Source of the DNA: Desulfurococcales archaeon
GTDB lineage: Archaea > Thermoproteota > Thermoprotei_A > Sulfolobales > NBVN01
Direction of reading: 5' to 3'
DNA: 64,000 nt
Assembly (NCBI GenBank): GCA_023255955.1
Contig: JAGDWD010000008.1
Location: forward strand, 128,845 to 192,844
Below, in pieces: positions 1 through 7,269 of the stretch. The translations under genes and the position numbers were made by a program. Numbering within the stretch: the stretch's first letter is position 1; each line of letters starts with the position of its first letter. The notes beneath the pieces were generated by a model. The model searched no databases. It saw only the letters and a program-made list of their open reading frames with translations, and had not been told where the DNA came from.

Positions 1-1533
1 TTATATGAACAAGCACTGATAGGTGCTGGTAAGGAAGCTATAGAGGCTCAACACGCTAGAGGTAAGTTAACTGCCCGTGAGAGAGTAGAGCTCTTAGTGG
101 ATCCCGGGAGCTTCCTTGAGATAGATATGTTCGTTAGGCATAGGGCAACCGAGTTCGGTATGGATAAGAGGTGGGTGTGGGGAGATGCTGTCGTAACCGG
201 CTTAGCGAAGATAGATGGTAGGCGAGCCGTCGTTATAGCACAGGACTTCACCTTCATGGGTGGCTCACTAGGTGAGATGCATGCTGCTAAGATAGTTAAG
301 GCGATGCAGTTCGCTCTAAGTCAGGGAGTACCTATAGTATTCCTAAACGACTCTGGTGGTGCTAGGATCCAGGAAGGTGTCGACTCTCTGAGGGGGTACG
401 GGGACATATTCTATATGAATGTCATGGCTTCAGGGGTGGTGCCTCAGATAGCTGCCATCATGGGGCCCTGTGCTGGAGGCGCTGTCTACTCACCAGCACT
501 CATGGACTTCATAGTTATGGTCAAGAAGACCTCGTTCATGTTCATAACCGGCCCGAGAGTAGTTAAAGCTGCTATCGGGGAGACTGTGGACGAGCAACAA
601 CTTGGAGGACCTGAGGTACATGCCACTAAGTCCGGCCAGGCTGACTTCCTAGCTGAGGACGATAAGGACGCTGTAGGTATAATCAGGAAGCTACTCTCAT
701 ACCTACCCAGCAACAACATGGAGGATCCCCCGGTTATTAGGGTCGGTGACCCACCTGATAGGAGTGCTCCGGAGCTGGATGATGTAGTACCAGAGGATCC
801 GAACGCTCCGTACGACATGTATAAGATTATAAATGCTGTACTAGATGTAGGGTCGTTCTTCGAGGTCAAGTCTCTATGGGCTAGAAACGCTATAACCGGC
901 TTCGGCAGGCTAGATGGGAGAACTGTGTGTGTAGTGGCTAACCAACCCAACTACATGGCTGGTGTCCTAGATATAGATTCCTCCGATAAGATAGCGGAGC
1001 ATGTCAGGTTCTGCGACTCCTTTAACATACCTATACTAACATTCGTGGACGTTCCGGGCTATATGCCCGGTACTAGACAGGAACATGGTGGGATAATAAG
1101 GCACGGAGCTAAGGTGCTGTACGCATATAGTGAGGCAACAGTTCCTAAGTTAACAGTGATAGTGAGGAAGGCATACGGAGGAGCCTACATCGCGATGGGC
1201 TCGAAACACCTCGGAGCTGACTTCGTAGCTGCCTGGCCAACAGCTGAGATAGCGGTAATGGGACCGGAGGGGGCTGCTGAGATCATATGGAGAAGGGAGT
1301 TGGAGGCAGTTAAAGACCCGCAGGAGAGGGCTAAGCTCCTAGCTAAATTCACTGAGGAATATAGAAACAAGTTCGCTAACCCGTATGTAGCAGCTAGTCG
1401 AGGCTATATAGATGCCGTAATTCAGCCCAGCGACACGAGGCGAGTACTAGCGAAAGCCCTCGACGCCTTATCTACGAAGAGAGAGGTCAGGATATGGGTA
1501 CCACCAAAGAAACACGGATTAATACCTGTATAA
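1..1533 (+). CDS. Acyl-CoA carboxylase carboxyltransferase (beta) subunit / methylmalonyl-CoA decarboxylase alpha-like; 5' end outside window
   Basis: The frame is open from nt 1 (LYEQALIGAGKEAIEAQHARGKLTARERVELLVDPGSF...), upstream of the track start at 97. The translation shows the typical two-half carboxyltransferase layout (FLNDSGGARIQEG, RKAYGGAYIAMG). Confidence 0.9.
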   Translation, partial: LYEQALIGAGKEAIEAQHARGKLTARERVELLVDPGSFLEIDMFVRHRATEFGMDKRWVWGDAVVTGLAKIDGRRAVVIAQDFTFMGGSLGEMHAAKIVKAMQFALSQGVPIVFLNDSGGARIQEGVDSLRGYGDIFYMNVMASGVVPQIAAIMGPCAGGAVYSPALMDFIVMVKKTSFMFITGPRVVKAAIGETVDEQQLGGPEVHATKSGQADFLAEDDKDAVGIIRKLLSYLPSNNMEDPPVIRVGDPPDRSAPELDDVVPEDPNAPYDMYKIINAVLDVGSFFEVKSLWARNAITGFGRLDGRTVCVVANQPNYMAGVLDIDSSDKIAEHVRFCDSFNIPILTFVDVPGYMPGTRQEHGGIIRHGAKVLYAYSEATVPKLTVIVRKAYGGAYIAMGSKHLGADFVAAWPTAEIAVMGPEGAAEIIWRRELEAVKDPQERAKLLAKFTEEYRNKFANPYVAASRGYIDAVIQPSDTRRVLAKALDALSTKREVRIWVPPKKHGLIPV

Positions 1534-1768
1534 CAGAGACACCTAGGAGCAAGTAATAAGGTTTCTATGAGTCTAGTAAAGTAAGGAGTTTTTCTTGGCG
1601 TGTTTTGCTGACCTTTATTGTAGCAAGCACTATACCAGGCTCTGTCCCTACCTAAGACATGCTCAGTAAGTACCGCTAAAATTCGGTCGAATATCTTTTC
1701 TATGTTCTCTGCTAACAGCTACACAGCATATCATACCTGAAAGCCCTATCCTTTAGAACGGAAGGGGG

Positions 1769-2176
1769 TTAGTTTCCTTTAGTACCTGTTAAGCCCCTGT
1801 AGGCGAACCCAACCTTATAGCTCCTAGGTCTTAGTACCGCCACCATCTTCTCGAAGATCTTTTCGGGGTTTGCGTCTCCGGTTACTAAAATATCGAGGGT
1901 AGCATACCTATACTCTACCCAGGTATGTATGACCATGTGGGCACCTTCTAAAAGGACTATCACTGAGACACCTCCCTTCTTCCCCCCGAAACTCCAGGAC
2001 TTCACTTCTACAGGCTCCAGTCCCTCCTCCTTCAGTGCGCGGACTACGGCTGATACAAGTAGTTCCTCGTCCTCAAGTAGCTTAGGCTCTATATCGTAGA
2101 GATTAGCATATACGTGCTTACCAATAGGTGGAGAGCTGGTCTGCAGCTCCCTGCCCGGTCCCATAGCACTACACAC
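1769..2176 (-). CDS. S-adenosylmethionine decarboxylase (SpeH)-family protein lacking the self-processing Glu-Ser site
   Basis: GKHVYANLYDI...GGVSVIVLLEGAHMVIHTWVEYRYATLDILVTG aligns with the SpeH core (..[27 protein letters not shown]). The ES cleavage dipeptide is replaced by GA. An alternative ATG start is at 2164. Confidence 0.7.
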   Translation of the reverse strand: MCSAMGPGRELQTSSPPIGKHVYANLYDIEPKLLEDEELLVSAVVRALKEEGLEPVEVKSWSFGGKKGGVSVIVLLEGAHMVIHTWVEYRYATLDILVTGDANPEKIFEKMVAVLRPRSYKVGFAYRGLTGTKGN

Positions 2177-2231
2177 TCCAGATACTACTCCCCGGTTTTA
2201 AGCTTTCTAAGGTGGTAAGCCTTGAAGTTAT

Positions 2232-2747
2232 TTAACGAGATCTCCTTGGGTGGTACTTAGCTAAGGCCTCGGCTAGGAGCTCAGCCCTGCAGCTTGGGCA
2301 TAAATCTAGTGAAGCCTTAACCGGGTAGGCTCTCTCACTCACATTCCTCACTTCTTCTTCAGCTCCTACAGGTCCTCCACACCGTGAACATCTAGAGACT
2401 CTATGAATAACCCTGTACTTCAGGTCCTCCAAGCTCTTAGAGGCATGCTCGAAGTTCTTAGTTATGGTGATGGCCTCTTTAGGGCATACATCAGCACATC
2501 TACCGCAGAAAATACATCTACCGATGAAATACTCTATGACGATTCTATCACCTTCAACTTTAGTCGTTAGAGAGTTAGGTGGGCAGGCTAGGGCGCAGGC
2601 ACCGCAGCCCCAGCACATAGCTGGATCTATCTCTATAGTACCTCGGAAGTACTCCGTTACGAGGCTTCCCTCCGCAGGGTACTTCCTAGTGACTCTACCC
2701 ACCTTAGCAGCTACTCTAAGCAGTTTAACGTAGGACACCTTACCCAC
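2232..2747 (-). CDS. 2x[4Fe-4S] ferredoxin-type hydrogenase subunit (HycF/EchF/NuoI/CooX-like) with an extra C-terminal CxxC...CxxC
   Basis: It has CWGCGACALACP and CIFCGRCADVCP motifs and an N-terminal KYPAEG..EYFRG stretch like NuoI/HycF. The C-terminus carries CSRCGG...CPSC. It overlaps the upstream large-subunit gene by 8 nt. Confidence 0.8.
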   Translation of the reverse strand: MGKVSYVKLLRVAAKVGRVTRKYPAEGSLVTEYFRGTIEIDPAMCWGCGACALACPPNSLTTKVEGDRIVIEYFIGRCIFCGRCADVCPKEAITITKNFEHASKSLEDLKYRVIHRVSRCSRCGGPVGAEEEVRNVSERAYPVKASLDLCPSCRAELLAEALAKYHPRRSR

Positions 2748-4380
2748 CAGCGAGATCTGTTAGTTTGAGTCTAACACATCTACCGCTAACCCTATCATAC
2801 ACTACTACTCTATCTGTGCATGAGAAGCATGGGTCTATGCTTGCTATAGTTAGTGGTGCATCTGCTAGTGGGGTACCTCTAAGCATGGCTCTCAAAGCCG
2901 GTATGTTCTGGTACGTAGGAGCTCTAACCCTCCACCTATAGGGCCTCCCAACACCCGTAATTATGAAGTGCACGTCCTCACCCCTAGGAGCCTCAATAGC
3001 AGCAACGGCTTTCTTAAGTGGTGGTATCTCGCGGGATTCAGCCCTAACCGGGCCTTCTGGTATTTTATCTAGTAGTTGCCTAACTATCTCTATACTCTCG
3101 AATACCTCGTCAACTCTAACTAGAATTCTAGCTAGGTTATCTCCCTCGGTGTATAGGGGTACCCTAAACGAAACCTCACTATATGCGAGGTACGGGTAAT
3201 CCTTCCTAACATCCCTATAGAGACCTGAAGCCCTAGCGACAGGGCCTACAACACTTAAAGCCCTGGCATCAGACCTAGGTAGCACCCCAGTACCTGAAGC
3301 TCTAGATTTGATCTGGGGAACTGAAAGCAGTATCTTTAAGAACTCTGTGAATTCCTCCTTAATGACCTTCAGGTAATTAAGGGTCTTAGCTATCCTATCT
3401 CTATCTAGGTCAAATCTGATCCCTCCAACGGTGTTTACCCCGTAGGTCTTTCTAGAACCACTGAGTATCTCAGCTACCACCATAGCCTTCTCCCTAATCC
3501 TCCATGTATGCATGAAGCCAGCATCATAACCAAGTATGTGTGCTACCACCCCTAACCATAGGAGGTGACTATGTATTCTCTCAATCTCAAGGAGCACGCT
3601 CCTCACGTACATAGCTCTTTCAGGAACCTCGATCCCAGCAGCTTTCTCAAGTGCTAACGCGTAACAACATGAGTGTACGAAGCCACATATACCGCATATC
3701 CTCTCGGCCAGGTAGAATATATCCTCGTAGGTCACTCTACGGGATTCAGCTAGCTTCTCAATACCTCTATGGACGTGGAACCCTCTGTAAACAATGTCCT
3801 CAACAGTTTCCCCCTTACCGTAGATCTCGAAGTACTCAGGCTCGTGGAGAGCTGGGTGGTATGGCCCTAGGGGAAGCCCTACCTCCTTATTTGTCTCAGG
3901 TCGTGGTAACTGCTTCGGTGGTGGCCTACTATCGTAGCTGAAGTCCTTACGTAAAGGATAGATCCCTTCAGGCCAGTCCTCTGGTAGAACTAACCTCTTA
4001 ACAGGTCTGTAGGTAAACTCTATACCTACCATATCCCTAGCCTCAAGCTCACACCAATCAGCTGCCGGGACCTCAGTAACTATCGATGGAACTGACGGGT
4101 GTAGCTTAGGTATGTCCACCCTTAAAACGACGTTTAAGCCGAGCTCGTCGAAGCTGAAGATATGGTAAAGAGCTAGGTAGCCCCTTATCTGGATCTCGTC
4201 ACTCCCAACACAAGTTCTGAAGTAGGCTCCGAGGTTGTAGAGTGATTTAGCTACATCTCTAAGCACGTCACGCTTCACAGTAACAAATAGAGTATCTCTT
4301 TCAATACCCTCAATAATAGCCCCTAACCGAGAGAGCTCCTCAATCACAGCCTCCCTAGTGGTACCTGAGGACACTGACAA
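2740..4380 (-). CDS. Group-4 [NiFe]-hydrogenase large subunit fused to an N-terminal NuoC/EchD-like domain (HycE/CooU-CooH-like)
   Basis: The 546-aa protein has both Ni-Fe ligand motifs, RICGICGFVH (N-terminal) and DPCFSCTDR (C-terminal), followed by a 22-aa tail. About 170 aa of NuoC-like sequence precede the catalytic domain. The start is TTG. Confidence 0.85.
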   Translation of the reverse strand: MSVSSGTTREAVIEELSRLGAIIEGIERDTLFVTVKRDVLRDVAKSLYNLGAYFRTCVGSDEIQIRGYLALYHIFSFDELGLNVVLRVDIPKLHPSVPSIVTEVPAADWCELEARDMVGIEFTYRPVKRLVLPEDWPEGIYPLRKDFSYDSRPPPKQLPRPETNKEVGLPLGPYHPALHEPEYFEIYGKGETVEDIVYRGFHVHRGIEKLAESRRVTYEDIFYLAERICGICGFVHSCCYALALEKAAGIEVPERAMYVRSVLLEIERIHSHLLWLGVVAHILGYDAGFMHTWRIREKAMVVAEILSGSRKTYGVNTVGGIRFDLDRDRIAKTLNYLKVIKEEFTEFLKILLSVPQIKSRASGTGVLPRSDARALSVVGPVARASGLYRDVRKDYPYLAYSEVSFRVPLYTEGDNLARILVRVDEVFESIEIVRQLLDKIPEGPVRAESREIPPLKKAVAAIEAPRGEDVHFIITGVGRPYRWRVRAPTYQNIPALRAMLRGTPLADAPLTIASIDPCFSCTDRVVVYDRVSGRCVRLKLTDLAGG

Positions 4381-4384
4381 CGCC

Positions 4385-4918
4385 TCACAGGGAACGAACT
4401 ACTAGAAACAGCATAGCTATGGTGAACAGTGTCCCAACAAGTAGTGATATCGTTAGGAGTGAGCTACTCAGCGATCTCTGTAAGAGTTGAAGAAGTTCTG
4501 TAAGTCTAAAGACTCTTCTATATGTTAGAAGCTCAGCTCTCGAGGAACTTTCTACGATATGTTGTAGTAAGCCTTTTTTACCTACTGTCCGAAGCTCTAC
4601 TACTCCCTCAGTTCCTGTAAGAGCTCCCTCTAATTTCTCGGTTATAGTTTCGGTATACACTGGTACTAAGGTAACTTCATCCATAAGCTTAACGTGGACC
4701 CTACTATGCATAGCTTCAACATATGCTGGTATTAGGGTAACTCCGTCCATAAGCTTAGAGTAGATTCTATTATAAGTTTCTTCAAGGTATTGAGAACTCT
4801 TAAGTATTATCGCTATAAGCCTGGCTGGTAGCTTCAACTCCCTAAGGCTTTTCTCTACATATAGCGAGAGCTTGTAGAGGTAGTTAAGCGTGACGTGAAT
4901 AGCCATAACTTCAACCAT
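4385..4918 (-). CDS. Hypothetical tail-anchored protein with a duplicated 22-aa motif
   Basis: The tandem repeat is KLMDGVTLIPAYVEAMHSRVHV / KLMDEVTLVPVYTETITEKLEG. There is a single C-terminal hydrophobic helix (LLTISLLVGTLFTIAMLFLVV). The gene is packed 4 nt upstream of the hydrogenase large subunit and 17 nt downstream of cooT. I recognise no family. Confidence 0.4.
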   Translation of the reverse strand: MVEVMAIHVTLNYLYKLSLYVEKSLRELKLPARLIAIILKSSQYLEETYNRIYSKLMDGVTLIPAYVEAMHSRVHVKLMDEVTLVPVYTETITEKLEGALTGTEGVVELRTVGKKGLLQHIVESSSRAELLTYRRVFRLTELLQLLQRSLSSSLLTISLLVGTLFTIAMLFLVVRSL

Positions 4919-4934
4919 TTCATTGCGGTTACCT

Positions 4935-5117
4935 TTACCTAGATCTTGCTAGAACTATCTTCGTTTCCCCAACATTTACTTCTACAATCTTGCAGTTCTC
5001 TACGACCTTCGTTTCCCCAATAACATTTCTAAGTAGGACCCTATCCCCATCAGCCTTAGCGTAGATAACTTCATCGAAGACGAGGTTCCCATCTAGAAAT
5101 ACCTTATACTCACACAT
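4935..5117 (-). CDS. cooT: CooT-like nickel chaperone (60 aa)
   Basis: The sequence MCEYKVFLDGNLVFDEVIYAKADGDRVLLRNVIGETKVVENCKIVEVNVGETKIVLARSR has the N-terminal Met-Cys-Glu and the size and pattern of the CooT family. It is divergent from cooC. The 132-aa track ORF (to 5333) is an antisense extension into cooC. Confidence 0.65.
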   Translation of the reverse strand: MCEYKVFLDGNLVFDEVIYAKADGDRVLLRNVIGETKVVENCKIVEVNVGETKIVLARSR

Positions 5118-5147
5118 ACTAGCACCAAATTTAAGTGGATACGTTTC

Positions 5148-5154
5148 TTTATAT
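5148..5154. promoter_or_regulatory. Shared TATA-like box in the 58-bp cooT/cooC divergent spacer
   Basis: TTTATAT lies about 25 nt upstream of the cooC GTG (5176) and about 30 nt upstream of the cooT ATG (5117) on the other strand. This suggests near-leaderless divergent transcripts. Confidence 0.4.
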
Positions 5155-5175
5155 GCTTTAAGTAGCTTTAGTTTA

Positions 5176-5997
5176 GTGGATTTAGGTTTGAAGAGAGGTT
5201 TCAAGGTAGCTGTGTGCGGTAAGGGAGGTGTTGGTAAGACACTAATAGCAGGTACGTTAGCTAGGCTGTTAGCTAGAAGAGGATTTAAGGTCCTAGCTAT
5301 AGACGTAGATTCAAACCCTAATCTCCACAGCACCCTAGGTATAGCTATAGAGACCCCCCTAAAGCCTCTAGCTTATAACGAGGAGCTGGTCGAGGAGAGA
5401 ACAGGAGCTAGACCAGGTGGCTGGGGGCTTTTCTTCTCACTTAACCCTAGGGTAGACGACATACCAGACAAGTTCTCTCTAGTAAGCCCTGAGGGGGTAA
5501 GGCTCTTAGTTGTCGGGATGCCTAAGGCAGGATTGGGCTGCTTATGCCCTCAGAACGCCTTAGTTAAGTCCCTAGTAGACCACATAGTACTAGCTAGGAA
5601 CGAGGTAGTAGTGCTAGATATGGAGGCAGGTCTTGAACACTTCGGCCGAGGAACTGCTAAGGGGGTAGACTACCTACTCATCGTCATGGAGCCTACCATC
5701 AAGTCCCTCGAAACTGCTAGGAGGAGCATTACCCTAGTTAGGGAGCTAGGTATAGGCAGAGTTTGGGGGATTCTAAATAAAGTGAGGAGTGATGAGGAGG
5801 TAGAATTCATCAACAGGAAGTCCCGGGATCTTGGAATAGACATAGTGTCTACAATACCCTACGATGATAACGTAGTTACAGCTGAGATGGCTGGAGTATC
5901 TATTTTAGACTACGATAGTAACTCCCCATTCGTTTCAGCAGTAAGCAGACTCTGCGATATCTTATTGAAGGACTGGTACGGGGATGTCCCCTACTAG
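5176..5997 (+). CDS. cooC: CO dehydrogenase nickel-insertion ATPase CooC
   Basis: It has the P-loop VCGKGGVGKT and the CxC metal motif GLGCLCPQNALV. It belongs to the MinD/Mrp-type family and neighbours cooT, cooS and cooF. Confidence 0.85.
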   Translation: MDLGLKRGFKVAVCGKGGVGKTLIAGTLARLLARRGFKVLAIDVDSNPNLHSTLGIAIETPLKPLAYNEELVEERTGARPGGWGLFFSLNPRVDDIPDKFSLVSPEGVRLLVVGMPKAGLGCLCPQNALVKSLVDHIVLARNEVVVLDMEAGLEHFGRGTAKGVDYLLIVMEPTIKSLETARRSITLVRELGIGRVWGILNKVRSDEEVEFINRKSRDLGIDIVSTIPYDDNVVTAEMAGVSILDYDSNSPFVSAVSRLCDILLKDWYGDVPY

Positions 5998-6012
5998 CTA
6001 GGTATATCAGAG

Positions 6013-6030
6013 CCCAGAGTTCTGGGTTTT
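6013..6030 (+). terminator. Hairpin plus T4 downstream of cooC
   Basis: CCCAGA-gt-TCTGGG is followed by TTTT, 16 nt after the cooC stop codon. Confidence 0.3.
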
Positions 6031-6180
6031 CAAGTACGCCTACTAGGTTACTTAGATGGTACTACCTACCCACTACTAAGGTGTAATAGATCCTGTTTAG
6101 TAAGTACATTTTCACTAGTAGCTACTTAGGAGTAGATCGACTAGGAGCTATACCTCTAAACAGCTAGAAGTTGTCCCAGC

Positions 6181-6207
6181 TGATTTAGACTGTTACAGTC
6201 TAAATCA
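6181..6207. repeat. 27-bp palindrome (13-bp arms, 1-nt centre)
   Basis: The sequence tgatttagactgt-t-acagtctaaatca was verified by hand reverse-complementing. Its core CTGTTACAG recurs at about 6794 and, in inverted form, at about 6811. Confidence 0.9.
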
Positions 6208-6400
6208 CTCGGGAGGAATCTAAATAAGATTGAGATTAGCTAACTACCAGAAACTAATTGGGATAGGGCCTATTTTAATATATTTAGAGAAAACGAGGGT
6301 AGAGGTGGCTTATTTCTGATGCTGGAATGTCGTGTAGTTAGGCTTCTCTAATAGATGCTTTAACCTCTACTTCTACTAGTATCTCTAGGTGGTCTAGTTA

Positions 6401-6730
6401 GTGGAGTTACATGGAGTAGTAATAGCGATAGCTCTTACATTTACTTTAAATATGATTATTTATAGGTTACGTCATGTACATAGACTTAAAGCTTACGGTC
6501 CAATACTACATCTAATAAATAAATCAGGTCATATATGGGAGATTCCTCTTGGTTTAGTCCCGGAATATGAAAGAGAGAAGCTCCTAGAAAAGCTACAGGA
6601 AATACCGCAAAGAAAGGTTAGGAAGACAACATCATATAGTGCGATAGGAATAACCATTGAAGCAGTGGTGACTTTCATTATGCTTCTAATCATATTTTCA
6701 TTCCTTTTTAGCTACTGTAGACCTAGCTAA
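6401..6730 (+). CDS. Hypothetical small membrane protein (2 predicted TM), AT-rich
   Basis: This is the only ORF over 60 aa in the 1.27-kb cooC-cooS spacer. It has hydrophobic N- and C-terminal segments and a composition much lower in GC than its neighbours. I recognise no family. Confidence 0.3.
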   Translation: MELHGVVIAIALTFTLNMIIYRLRHVHRLKAYGPILHLINKSGHIWEIPLGLVPEYEREKLLEKLQEIPQRKVRKTTSYSAIGITIEAVVTFIMLLIIFSFLFSYCRPS

Positions 6731-6904
6731 GCTTGTTACGTATAAAGTAGAGCTAGCTGATTTTACGGGGCTCGAATCTAGGCAAATCCCCGTAGCTGTT
6801 ACAGCTTAAGGTTCTGTAACAATTACTTTGTATATAGCAGTAGGTTCTGAAGCTCCTTTAGGTAGTAGTACACTTAGCCCATCTAAAGCTCTACCTCTGT
6901 TAGT

Positions 6905-6932
6905 AGTTCTAGGAGTAGCTACTCCTAGAACT
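6905..6932. repeat. 28-bp perfect palindrome
   Basis: agttctaggagtagctactcctagaact equals its own reverse complement (checked by hand). Confidence 0.95.
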
Positions 6933-7269
6933 CTACAGATCTCCTAAGCTTCTACTCCACCTAGGTGGCCTGCTTCTTAGTTAGTGAAATACTACTCCTG
7001 GGAATTTACCCAAGTCCTTAAGCTAGGAATAGGGTAGAACCTCCTAGAGGTCTACCCCGCCTCCCACTCCTTAGTAGTACTACTGGTAGTATAGGAGTAA
7101 GGGCAGTATTATCTAGGCCCTACACCTAACTAGTCCTAGACTAGCTATTGCTACTAATGAAGGAAGCCCTAAATAGTTGGAGTAAAAACCTAGAAACGTC
7201 CTATCTGAAGGGTTGGGTTCTAGTTAGCGAGGATAAAGAAAAATATGGGTTTTAGCTTGATTTCTGATG

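Noticed and set aside
5998-6160. The roughly 52-codon open frame continuing after the cooC TAG stop, followed by further TAGs; considered as possible stop-codon readthrough or TAG recoding.
   Set aside because: The continuation has no resemblance to CooC C-termini and is followed by several stops including TAA. CooC is full length at the TAG.
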